59,201 nucleotides of DNA from positions 1 to 59,201 of the forward strand of contig CBFIAW010000002.1 in NCBI GenBank assembly GCA_965660655.1. The letters run 5' to 3'. Positions 45,436 to 53,979 of the stretch are shown piece after piece (position 1 is the first letter of the stretch; the number at the start of each line of letters is the position of its first letter). Position numbers and translations under genes: made by a program. The notes beneath the pieces were generated by a model, which searched no databases, was not told where the DNA came from, and worked only from the letters and a program-made list of their open reading frames with translations. The stretch is from Candidatus Thalassarchaeaceae archaeon (GTDB lineage: Archaea; Thermoplasmatota; Poseidoniia; Poseidoniales; Thalassarchaeaceae).

Positions 45436-46257
45436 CTAGGGAGTCCCCTGGGTCCTCCAGGCCTCGATCAGAGCGGCGAATGTCAGCAGGGTCCTGTTGT
45501 TCACGGATGGTGCTCCCTCGGACCCCTCCCCGGGCTCTGCGAGGGTCGCTATTGAGATGAGTGCCTTCTCCTCGGCTGAGGTTATGACGCCTGACTTCGA
45601 GGCGGCCTTGAGGAAGCCGAGGGCGTCTGCACCGCTCATGTGATCCAGCAGGAGGGCGACTATCTTGGTGGGGTCGACGCTCGGTCCGTGCATCAGGGCG
45701 TCGGCCTCGGAGCTCTTCAGGAACGGGTTGACCGCGAGGGACTGTGCCTCGTATAGGTCGAGGAGCCCGGGGCCCCCTGGCATCCCCCCAGCAGTGAGGT
45801 TCCCTCCTCCGGAAGGGGAGGGGTCGTCAACTGGTCGGCTTGTGACTGCCCCATCGTCTCCCACCGTGTGGATTACGTCCTGAGAATCGCCACCCCCACC
45901 ACCTGAAGCGGGTGCGATAGAAACCGACTCGGCGGCGATCTTTGCAGTCTGCTGGGCGGTCATCTTGATGTTTGCCTCCATGAGGTCCATGGCCGTCTCC
46001 AGCCTCTCGAACCTGTCCTTAACCATGTCCACTAGCTCGGGGATCATGTCCTGTCCCTTGTTGGCCTGTGGGTCACCGAGCACACCGACCCTCGTTCCCG
46101 AGGGGGCAAACAGCCAGGCCTCGAGGTCTGTAGGCCTGAACTCAGTCGGTATGTCCACGTGTTCGACGGTTAGTTTGGCAACCTTGTCTAGTCGGGAGGC
46201 CATGCCCGGGTCGGCAGAGGAGTCAGAGGAGGTCCGGAACCTGTCCATTAACCCCAT
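45436..46257 (-). CDS. Archaellum-locus protein at the FlaC/D/E position (coiled coil + Gly/Pro linker + helical C-domain)
   Basis: Located between the archaellins and flaF. No TM. The coiled segment is VKDRFERLETAMDLMEANIKMTAQQTAKIAAE. Sequence similarity to FlaC/D/E was not recognisable by eye. Confidence 0.4.
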   Translation of the reverse strand: MGLMDRFRTSSDSSADPGMASRLDKVAKLTVEHVDIPTEFRPTDLEAWLFAPSGTRVGVLGDPQANKGQDMIPELVDMVKDRFERLETAMDLMEANIKMTAQQTAKIAAESVSIAPASGGGGGDSQDVIHTVGDDGAVTSRPVDDPSPSGGGNLTAGGMPGGPGLLDLYEAQSLAVNPFLKSSEADALMHGPSVDPTKIVALLLDHMSGADALGFLKAASKSGVITSAEEKALISIATLAEPGEGSEGAPSVNNRTLLTFAALIEAWRTQGTP

Positions 46258-46312
46258 CAGAACACCTCATCTCTCCCTCTCCATTTGTTGCTTGTGCCTC
46301 GTGAGCCCCCGC

Positions 46313-46996
46313 TCACATTACCGACTTGCCAAGTGTCAGGGATTCGACCTTCAGGGTAGCGAGGGTCTCGCCACCGCCGTCGACTACTACTCGCAGATTC
46401 AGTACGGCCCCTACTCCTGCCTCAGCATCGCATCCAGGGGAGTCGCCCTTGACGGTTGGAGCAGTGAAGTCTGCTGTGGTTAGGGTGACGCTCGTGTCCG
46501 TATCAGTGGGTGTTAGATCGATGACGAACTTGAACGTGGTACCTGCTGTAATCTCATCGCCATCTGCTATGTCCGTGTCGTCAAGCTCCAAGGAGTCGGC
46601 CTCGAGGGTGTCAATCGTGGAGAAGGAACTACCATCATCGAGCGTGACTATGCACGAGATGTACCACGTGATATCGCCCTCTTGGACGTTCAGTGAGCCG
46701 GATGAGACTCTTGCGATTACGACCATGGTGTCGACGTCAGTGTCCGTCCCGGTTGCACCCATGGGCTCGCCGGTTGTCACGATGTATACGTCGGAGACCG
46801 AGACCTTACCGGATATCTGATCCCTCGTGTCCGAACTAGTGTTCTCGGCGTTCTGCTGCAGCTCCTCAGCGGTCTTGATGATGATGGTGGATGCCACAGC
46901 GGCCACTAGGATCAGGGCGATGAAGACGATCATCGCACCGATACCGATCGATCCCTCCGTGTCCCTCCTGTCCGGGGTTGTGAGTTCTGTAACCAT
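46313..46996 (-). CDS. flaB: Archaellin (FlaB/ArlB), copy 2
   Basis: The class III signal plus conserved N-terminus is ...RRDTEG/SIGIGAMIVFIALILVAAVASTIIIKTAEELQ. Confidence 0.9.
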   Translation of the reverse strand: MVTELTTPDRRDTEGSIGIGAMIVFIALILVAAVASTIIIKTAEELQQNAENTSSDTRDQISGKVSVSDVYIVTTGEPMGATGTDTDVDTMVVIARVSSGSLNVQEGDITWYISCIVTLDDGSSFSTIDTLEADSLELDDTDIADGDEITAGTTFKFVIDLTPTDTDTSVTLTTADFTAPTVKGDSPGCDAEAGVGAVLNLRVVVDGGGETLATLKVESLTLGKSVM

Positions 46997-46997
46997 C

Positions 46998-47642
46998 TCA
47001 GGTCACCTCCTTGCCAGAGACGACCGATTCGATTTGGAGCTCGGAGATGGTCGTGCCTCCTCCGTTGACGACCATCTTCATCTCGACGGTGTCGCCTACC
47101 GAGAGAGAGGTTGAGCAGGCTCCTGCGTCGTCACCATCCGGGTCGAGGTTGATGTCGAACTTGAAAGTGGTACCGGCGGTAAGCTCAGCCGTTGCTAAGT
47201 AGTCGGAGCCGTCAAGTTGGTCCGCGTTGACACCTTCAGGCGCAACGATGGTACCCCCTCCAGCATCAGTGGTCCCGAGGTTGCCAGTGACCAATCCGAA
47301 TGCAGCGCCGCCGCAAACAACCACCCAATCGATGTCCTGGACCTGTACGCCGGTGGATCCCGATGCAATCTTGGCGGTGACGATGAACGAGTCGGCATTC
47401 GCGGCGGTGGTCGTTCCAGTACCATTCACTATGATCTGGATGATGTTCACCTTTCCTGAAATCTCCTTTCTCGTATCGTCGCTCGTTGCTTCAGCGTTCT
47501 GCTGCAGCTCTTCGGCGGTCTTGATGATGATCGTCGAGGCCACCGCGGCTACTAGGATTAGTGCGATGAAGACAATCATCGCTCCAATACCGATTGAGCC
47601 TTCGTCTCGGTTTCTTTCTACTGTCTGGTATTCTTCGCTCAT
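46998..47642 (-). CDS. flaB: Archaellin (FlaB/ArlB), copy 1
   Basis: ...NRDEG/SIGIGAMIVFIALILVAAVASTIIIKTAEELQQNAE. It is a tandem paralogue of the downstream copy, with divergent variable domains. Confidence 0.9.
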   Translation of the reverse strand: MSEEYQTVERNRDEGSIGIGAMIVFIALILVAAVASTIIIKTAEELQQNAEATSDDTRKEISGKVNIIQIIVNGTGTTTAANADSFIVTAKIASGSTGVQVQDIDWVVVCGGAAFGLVTGNLGTTDAGGGTIVAPEGVNADQLDGSDYLATAELTAGTTFKFDINLDPDGDDAGACSTSLSVGDTVEMKMVVNGGGTTISELQIESVVSGKEVT

Positions 47643-47690
47643 TGCGTGTTCACCCGTGCCCCCCTGTGATTGCTAATCATTTATGATATT

Positions 47691-47717
47691 ACTGGAAAAT
47701 GAGGATGTTTTTCCAGT
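47691..47717 (-). promoter_or_regulatory. Perfect 9-bp inverted repeat (ACTGGAAAA-N9-TTTTCCAGT) next to a TATA-like box upstream of the first archaellin gene
   Basis: The arms are at 47691-47699 and 47709-47717. The AT-rich aatatcataaatga (minus strand, ~47677-47690) lies immediately promoter-proximal. A GGGTGA SD-like element sits ~8 nt before the ATG at 47642. Confidence 0.3.
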
Positions 47718-47731
47718 TCTGGATATGAAAA

Positions 47732-48814
47732 CTAACTGCCGATACCAATGGCCTCACGCAGGTTGAGTACCTCGATTGGCACGTGCACAACGTCCCCGGG
47801 CGACAGGTTCTCGACTAGTGGCAGCCTTAGAGTCTCGAAGCCGTCTGGCATCCATGGGTCTAGAAGGAGCCCCTGCATGAGGTTCGGTGTCCTGTTCTCT
47901 ACCCTGGTCTGGACCTTGAGGCTGCCATAATCGACATGGTACCCGGTAGTGATGTTCAGGCTGCTACCGAGGAGAGATGTCTGGGGGAATGAACCCGAGG
48001 GTCGTATCTCGATCCCTATCTCGATGAATCCCTCTGGGGGAATCTCGGGGATCTCGCACATCTTCGGGGTGGAGGACCACCCAAACGGGATTGGCGGTGC
48101 CAGTCTCATGGTTGAGATGTTGTTCTCGCCTGTGTTCTCGAGGGTGATAACCATGAGGGCGTGGTCCTTGCCCTCTGGCCATGATGTTCCGATCGAAAGG
48201 AAGAAACTGTTCACTAGGAAGGGGCTGGTTGCCTCGTGAACTGCGATCGGACCGAGTGCGCTTATCGCATCCTCGAAGGCCTTGGCAGCCGAGGACAGGT
48301 CGGAGTCTAGGGCCTTCTTTCCCTGGTTGACCAGAGTCAGTGCGATCTCCTCGATGTCGCTCAGCTCCCCCATCTCGTTGAGGTGCCTTCCGAGTGTGTT
48401 GAGGGATCTCTCCAAGCCATCCCTGCCCATTGATGACACCGCTCCCTCGACGCAATCCGCAGCAGCTCCCCAGTTCCCCTCCCTTAGGTGCTGGAGGCCC
48501 AGCATCGTGAGGTCCCATGCGTTGCGGTCGCCCTCGGACATCTCCTCGAGCTCCTCGAGCGAGCGCTCCAGTGAGTAAAGCGCCCTGTAGAGGTCCATGA
48601 TCTGGCCCTCGGCCTCATCGACCTCCTTTGACAGGGTCTTCAGCATCTTCTTGGCGCTCAATGGCCTGTTGGCCCAGATGGCGAACTGTACGTTCTCCGC
48701 CTCTTCCTCAATGTAGTCTATCCTCTTGAGGGTCGCCTCGGCCCCCCCTGCGGCTGGTGCTTGCTCCCTAGCCAATTCAGTTGCCCCCGCCTGGCTTGTT
48801 CCCGGCCCTTCCAA
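47732..48814 (-). CDS. Signal-less protein: helical N-half plus two CARDB/NEW3-like beta-sandwich signatures; partner of the giant surface protein
   Basis: 360 aa. ITLENTGENNISTMRLAPPIPFGW and RVENRTPNLMQGLLLDPWMPDGF. The ATG at 48814 overlaps the upstream gene by 38 nt. An alternative TTG at 48775 lies 1 nt after that gene's TGA. Confidence 0.5.
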   Translation of the reverse strand: MEGPGTSQAGATELAREQAPAAGGAEATLKRIDYIEEEAENVQFAIWANRPLSAKKMLKTLSKEVDEAEGQIMDLYRALYSLERSLEELEEMSEGDRNAWDLTMLGLQHLREGNWGAAADCVEGAVSSMGRDGLERSLNTLGRHLNEMGELSDIEEIALTLVNQGKKALDSDLSSAAKAFEDAISALGPIAVHEATSPFLVNSFFLSIGTSWPEGKDHALMVITLENTGENNISTMRLAPPIPFGWSSTPKMCEIPEIPPEGFIEIGIEIRPSGSFPQTSLLGSSLNITTGYHVDYGSLKVQTRVENRTPNLMQGLLLDPWMPDGFETLRLPLVENLSPGDVVHVPIEVLNLREAIGIGS

Positions 48815-51800
48815 GAATCTTCTTGATTCGTATGGCGCGCAATTCGATGTCTGCGAGTTGGCTGTAGAGTGTGTCGTATGACCTGTCGAGGAACCTCAGA
48901 ATCATGTGTACCAGGATGGGGGAGATCACCATTAAGGAAAGGATCGAGATGATTGAGCTCGCCCCCATGTCTATCTCGAGTGCGGGGGTGAGTAGGACGA
49001 ACGGCAGGAAGGCGTATGGGGCGCAGGAGATGATCGCCCGTAGTTCCTTTCGTGTGTTTGCCTGTGCCTCGTCGTGGTCCTCCAGGAGGGACGTGGTCCC
49101 GATCCTGGACTTCTTCCTGTCATCATGGATGGACTGAAGCTCGCTCGAGGACAGCCATGCCACAAAGGCTGCGAATACGACTGAGGCGATCGCGCAGATC
49201 AGGGTTAGCCAAGTGGAGAGGCCGGATAGGGAGAGCATGCCGAATCCCATGGCAGCCACGTAGGCAGATGCGTGGAGCCGGCTCTCTGCCTCATCCATTC
49301 CCTGGCGAAGGAGCGAGAGTGCCACGAACAGGATTGCCAATGCAGCCATGGCTGCGGTCGGGATTGCCAATCCCGAAAGCTCGATGCTCGGTGTCGTCCA
49401 TGATTTGATTGAGAGGGCGGCCGCGTAATTGTCGTTTTCTTCCAAGTTGCCGAAGACCCCCCCCTGTTGCATTATTTCCGGTGGGAATACCAGAGATACC
49501 GCACAGTCGAGTGTCTCGGAAGATGAGTACCAGGGGATGGCGTTTAGCTCGACGGCCCATGATGCCGTGGCATTGCCCCCAGGGGCAAGCGAAGGCAGGG
49601 TGATGGTGGCAAACGCATTGGCGATTGTAGCGTATGAGGTGGACGTGCAGTCTAGCCTGACTACGACTTCTGAAGGCATCATTGCATTGCCCGCGTTGAT
49701 CACCAAGACGTCTATCCAAGTGCTTTCGCCCTCTGTACCCTCGCTCCTGAAGGAGACGCCGTCGATCATGGGGTCGGTCGATTCGGACATCCTTAGCTTG
49801 ACCACTAGGTCGGTGGAGGATTCCGTGTCGGTGGTCTCGTCCGGGTTCCTTAGTTGCAGGAAGATATCCCATCCGTCATCGGGTGCTGGGAACCTCTTGT
49901 CGGGGATGATGACTTGGATGATTATCGTACCACCATGACCCTCGCGTGACCCGCCCTCGTAGGGAGTGGTTGGCTCCAGTTCCCATGCTGAGTTGCATGT
50001 CGCCAGAGTCGCCGCGGTAGCAGCTATTCCCGCTCCGCCTTGATCGGCTAGGAGGCACATTCCGCTACCGTTGTCGATGTCGTGGTCTATGCTCATCCCC
50101 CACTCAGACTCCGAGAAGAAGCTGGAGGGGACTTTCCTCTCGGGGAGATCAGCAGCCGAGTCGTACGGGTCCCTCTTTCCGTTCATGGCTAGGGTGTAGG
50201 CCCTCTCCGCGGGGGAGGGACTGCCCCAGGAGTTAACGTTGGTCCAAGGGATCGCAATCTGACGGCAGTTCGGGTCCTGGTTGCCGTCGCATGCCAGTTC
50301 GCCAGCAGAGTCGAAGCTGAGTAGGTACTCGTCGTCGGTCTGGGCCCTGACCACAATAATCGGGGTGCTGTCCTGCTGGGAATCGACGTCGATCCCTATT
50401 GGGGTTCGAGTTAGGGTGAAGGACCCGGTCTCGCCCTTGAAGTGGTCTGCTTGCAGGGTGCTGAATGTGAACATGAAGGAGCTGGTCTGCCCCACGCCCA
50501 GCGTTAGGGTGGTGGATCCGACGTTGTTGTCAACTCTGAACCTATCCATGGTCGGATCGATGTCTGTCGTCGACCACTGCACGCTCAATTGCATCTCTGC
50601 ATTGCCCTTGTTCTCCATCACGAAGTGGACCGCACGAGCCACGCCCGGGACAATTGCTATCCTCTCGGGCGCCTCTACCAACTGCACGTCGAACACCGGT
50701 AGTACTTCGATCTGAATCATCTTCGAACCAGCGGGAACCCCTCCCCCTTTGGCAACCCTATCTTGGAGGGGGACGCTCTGCTGGGTTCCATTGACCGTAA
50801 TCGTCGATGGCCAGGTTGGGTAAGGATCGGTGATGTTGACGGCCCTTAGAGTAATGTTGTGGATGACGTAGGCCTCGAGAATCTCGCCTCCATCGATCAA
50901 TTCGGGGAGTGTGATCGTCAGCATGACCTTGTGACTTGATTCCGGATCAATCGTGAATCCTGATTCGTTGACGGAGTAAGTCCAGTTCTTCGAGGCCCCG
51001 AAGTCTGCGGTAAGGTTCAGCGTCTCCATCAGGTTTCCCCTGTTTATCAGCGTCACTTCGATATCTACGAAGCCCCCAGGCGCGACCTCGAATTGGGACG
51101 ACCCGATGAAGTCTATTCGATGATCGGGTGCTACTTGCACGTTCCATTCGCAGGTAGACAAGATCGTGCCGTTATAGGACGCTGTCAGATTGAAGCTCTG
51201 GGATACGTCAGCCCTAGCAAGTAGGCTGGCCTTGGCATAGACTCTCACGATTGCCTGAGAACCAGGAGGTACCAACTGAGTAGCGTTCATCTCACAGGCC
51301 CCTTGCTCATTGAAGCAGACGTCGAGTTTGTCGGGATACGAGCTTTCTAGAGCAAGTTCGTAAGTAATGTTGGTGTTGCCGGTGTTGTTTAGCACTGTGA
51401 TAATCGTTTTCTGGCCCACCCTGTTGGTCTCAGAAAGGTCAGCGGTTTCGGAGGACTCGATTACCGCTGTCGATTTGGTGGGATAAAACTCAGCAGAGAC
51501 GACTTCGGTTAGTCTGATCAGTGCTGGCGCATAGGCCATTAGCTCTCCCGTTTCAGAGGCGTTGGCATAGACCCATACCTCATGGATCTCGTCGGCGCTG
51601 GCTGAGTCAGGAGGAATTGCTGTGACTATTACTGTGAACTGGTCTTGGAATGCCGTCCCCCCAGTCCCATTGTCCGGGAAGAGGTTTGTTCTGGATTGTA
51701 GCAGGTTCGCAGCTGAGCTTGCTAGTGAAATCGTCCATCCGGGCTTAGAAACATATCCGAGAGTGAAGTTAGCAACGTCATTGCCGGTGTTCTTCAGGGT

Positions 51801-53939
51801 TAGATTGGCGGAAATCGACGTCCCTGGGTCACCGACTGCGACGCCTGAAGATATCATCTCCGCGGACCAAATCTCCTCTATGGTCAATGAGACGGTAGCA
51901 GATGCATTGCGGGAGATAGTTCCCGGGAAAGTACCCCAATCAGAGGTTGCTTTGAATGAGAATGAGAGAGTGCCTGCAGCGGGGTAGGGGAACTCGACGG
52001 GGTTCGGGTTGAATGCTAGTGCGACTTTGCCGTATCCTATCTCCCCTGGCTCTAGTTCCATTGTAGATGGCGCTGCAGCGGCGGTCCACCTCTGTAGTTC
52101 GGCTGGACTTGAGCCAGTTAGAGGGGTGTCCTGGACAAATGACATGCCATTCCCATTGGAGGGGGAGAGGGAGACTTGGGCCAATGTATCGTTCGAACCG
52201 AGGTTATGCACGATGGTAACCTCGTAGTCGACCCATCTGTTGAAGTTCCCCCCGATGATGTCATTGACCGTGATGTCGTTGGCCCCTCCTGTGAGGATGA
52301 TGTCCAGTTCGACAATGCTGTCCACAAGAATGGTTGTCTGGTTGGTGGACGGAACTCCACCCTCCATCGGGATGGCTTGTACGATAAGAATGACCTGTTC
52401 TATCGATGATACCTTCCAAGACGGGTTCAGCGGCATCTCTAGCTCTGGGGTCGTGATCGTGACTGGGATTGCACGGGTCTCATTGGGCAATAATACATCA
52501 GTGATGGTTACTGGGGAGTGGATGGTCCAGAATGGGACCGCTTCTGTGGCTCCGACGTCGATCTGGTACTGGGCTGGGGCGGTTCCCGTGTTCTTGAGTG
52601 TGTACTCAATGGTCCTAGGGGTTCCCGGAGTGATGTTAGCGAAATTTTCACCTGATTGATGGCTGTGATTCTGGAAGATCTCCGAGGAGTAAGTGCCTCC
52701 TGCCATTACCATGGTAGTGGCCTCCAGGACATATCCCGCAGTTTGGCTTTGGATAGTTACTGTGACCAACACGGATGCTCCGTTTGAGGCGTCCGCGGGG
52801 ACGTTGACGTTGATCTGGATGGCCTCGGTGTCTCCTGCTGCTACCGTGAGTGGGGAAGAGGAGGAGAATATTGTCCCTGATGCGTTAACCCAGTAGTCAC
52901 TCGGTGCGGAGTTGTTTGACTGGAGAACCTCGAAGTCATCGCTTACCGTACCCGAGTTCTGCAGGATGAAGTTCAGAACTGTCTGGGAACCGGGGTCGAC
53001 GTTTCTGTTTATTGCTGGAAGTAGAGAGGCTCTGAGAGCGACGAAATTGACGATTCTGGATTCGATGGTGACTGATGTGGTGGATACGCCCGCGATCAAG
53101 ATGCTCCCACCCAATGTGTAGTCCCCCTCCAGGTTAGAGCCATCGAAGGAGACGGTGATGTTCTGTGGCGCGGGGGGGTTCGCAAGGCTTCCAGGCAATA
53201 GTTCCTCAGTGGAAGATGTGAGTGAAATGCTGGCACCCCCCAGAGAGGGAGTCAGGGTTAGTTGTGCGGTGACGTCTACGGGTTGGTTTCCGGTGTTCAC
53301 CGCCGTGATGCCCCCCTCCCACATAGCTCGGGCCAAGGAGGAGCCGTCTTCTGGGAGGGAGTCGGCAATGTCTGCAGCGTTTTCCACGGCAACTACGTTG
53401 ACGTTGTTGAGTGACATCACGTCGTTGCTTGCGTTGGAGTCAGAAGACGTCGAGGCCACCTCCCATGATGCGGTTAGCTGCAAACCGGAATCTATCACGG
53501 AGGATGCATCCCAGTATAGGAGATGGTTTGCGGCAACCCCTGGGTTGATTGTGACAGATCTGTTGTCAACCAACACCCCATCGACCTTCAGAGTGACATT
53601 TCCTTCCGTAGCCGAACCACCGATGTTCAGAATTCCTACCCTGATAATATGGTTCTGGGGGGCTAGGGTTGGAACCCCTGCGACGAGAACCGAGGGGGTG
53701 GTTACATGGAGGTCGGTTACTGCGACATCCGGATCTATTGATCTTCCCGAGGTCATCATCGGAACCTCTTCTACTGGTGCTGCCGGAATGCTTGCCATCA
53801 ATGGGGAGAGGAACAGCAGTGCCACCAGAATCGTGGCCTTGCTAGCCCTATTTGTGAGCCTATTGGAGTATTTGGCATGGTTTGAGATGTCTTGTGTTCC
53901 CATCGCTTCCGCTCCCCTCCTCGTAGAGGAGACTAACAA
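48777..53939 (-). CDS. Giant (1720 aa) repeat-rich surface protein with N-terminal signal/anchor and a polytopic C-terminal membrane block
   Basis: The signal-like segment is KATILVALLFLSPLMASIPAAP. At least 7 recurrences of the x-L-x-N-x-G-N/T beta-sandwich strand motif occur. Four hydrophobic C-terminal segments (one about 37 aa, so likely two helices, i.e. ~5 TM) are followed by a basic tail. An alternative ATG lies at 53903. Confidence 0.8.
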   Translation of the reverse strand: MLVSSTRRGAEAMGTQDISNHAKYSNRLTNRASKATILVALLFLSPLMASIPAAPVEEVPMMTSGRSIDPDVAVTDLHVTTPSVLVAGVPTLAPQNHIIRVGILNIGGSATEGNVTLKVDGVLVDNRSVTINPGVAANHLLYWDASSVIDSGLQLTASWEVASTSSDSNASNDVMSLNNVNVVAVENAADIADSLPEDGSSLARAMWEGGITAVNTGNQPVDVTAQLTLTPSLGGASISLTSSTEELLPGSLANPPAPQNITVSFDGSNLEGDYTLGGSILIAGVSTTSVTIESRIVNFVALRASLLPAINRNVDPGSQTVLNFILQNSGTVSDDFEVLQSNNSAPSDYWVNASGTIFSSSSPLTVAAGDTEAIQINVNVPADASNGASVLVTVTIQSQTAGYVLEATTMVMAGGTYSSEIFQNHSHQSGENFANITPGTPRTIEYTLKNTGTAPAQYQIDVGATEAVPFWTIHSPVTITDVLLPNETRAIPVTITTPELEMPLNPSWKVSSIEQVILIVQAIPMEGGVPSTNQTTILVDSIVELDIILTGGANDITVNDIIGGNFNRWVDYEVTIVHNLGSNDTLAQVSLSPSNGNGMSFVQDTPLTGSSPAELQRWTAAAAPSTMELEPGEIGYGKVALAFNPNPVEFPYPAAGTLSFSFKATSDWGTFPGTISRNASATVSLTIEEIWSAEMISSGVAVGDPGTSISANLTLKNTGNDVANFTLGYVSKPGWTISLASSAANLLQSRTNLFPDNGTGGTAFQDQFTVIVTAIPPDSASADEIHEVWVYANASETGELMAYAPALIRLTEVVSAEFYPTKSTAVIESSETADLSETNRVGQKTIITVLNNTGNTNITYELALESSYPDKLDVCFNEQGACEMNATQLVPPGSQAIVRVYAKASLLARADVSQSFNLTASYNGTILSTCEWNVQVAPDHRIDFIGSSQFEVAPGGFVDIEVTLINRGNLMETLNLTADFGASKNWTYSVNESGFTIDPESSHKVMLTITLPELIDGGEILEAYVIHNITLRAVNITDPYPTWPSTITVNGTQQSVPLQDRVAKGGGVPAGSKMIQIEVLPVFDVQLVEAPERIAIVPGVARAVHFVMENKGNAEMQLSVQWSTTDIDPTMDRFRVDNNVGSTTLTLGVGQTSSFMFTFSTLQADHFKGETGSFTLTRTPIGIDVDSQQDSTPIIVVRAQTDDEYLLSFDSAGELACDGNQDPNCRQIAIPWTNVNSWGSPSPAERAYTLAMNGKRDPYDSAADLPERKVPSSFFSESEWGMSIDHDIDNGSGMCLLADQGGAGIAATAATLATCNSAWELEPTTPYEGGSREGHGGTIIIQVIIPDKRFPAPDDGWDIFLQLRNPDETTDTESSTDLVVKLRMSESTDPMIDGVSFRSEGTEGESTWIDVLVINAGNAMMPSEVVVRLDCTSTSYATIANAFATITLPSLAPGGNATASWAVELNAIPWYSSSETLDCAVSLVFPPEIMQQGGVFGNLEENDNYAAALSIKSWTTPSIELSGLAIPTAAMAALAILFVALSLLRQGMDEAESRLHASAYVAAMGFGMLSLSGLSTWLTLICAIASVVFAAFVAWLSSSELQSIHDDRKKSRIGTTSLLEDHDEAQANTRKELRAIISCAPYAFLPFVLLTPALEIDMGASSIISILSLMVISPILVHMILRFLDRSYDTLYSQLADIELRAIRIKKILGRAGNKPGGGN

Positions 53940-53979
53940 TCATTATGAAACAACCGGAGAAAAATTGTTTCCCGGGTGA

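Noticed and set aside
47964-48518. A 184-aa Arg/Gly/Pro-rich ORF in an alternate frame of the 360-aa gene
   Set aside because: It has low-complexity out-of-frame composition and is nested in a better-supported CDS.
48777-53939. The giant protein as an archaeal alpha-2-macroglobulin (suggested by the DUF2135-like neighbour)
   Set aside because: There is no CxEQ thioester motif (the only near-match is CFNEQ) and no obvious helical thioester domain. It also has a C-terminal multi-TM block, unlike bacterial A2Ms. I keep this only as a hypothesis to test by profile or structure search.
49291-53979. Long ORFs within or opposite the giant gene (e.g. 49291-49872 same-strand alternate frame; 49429-49938, 50281-50715, 52240-52659 and 53155-53979 antisense)
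   Set aside because: They lie entirely inside a strongly supported 1720-aa CDS. They have Arg/Ser/Pro-rich shadow-frame composition and no motifs.
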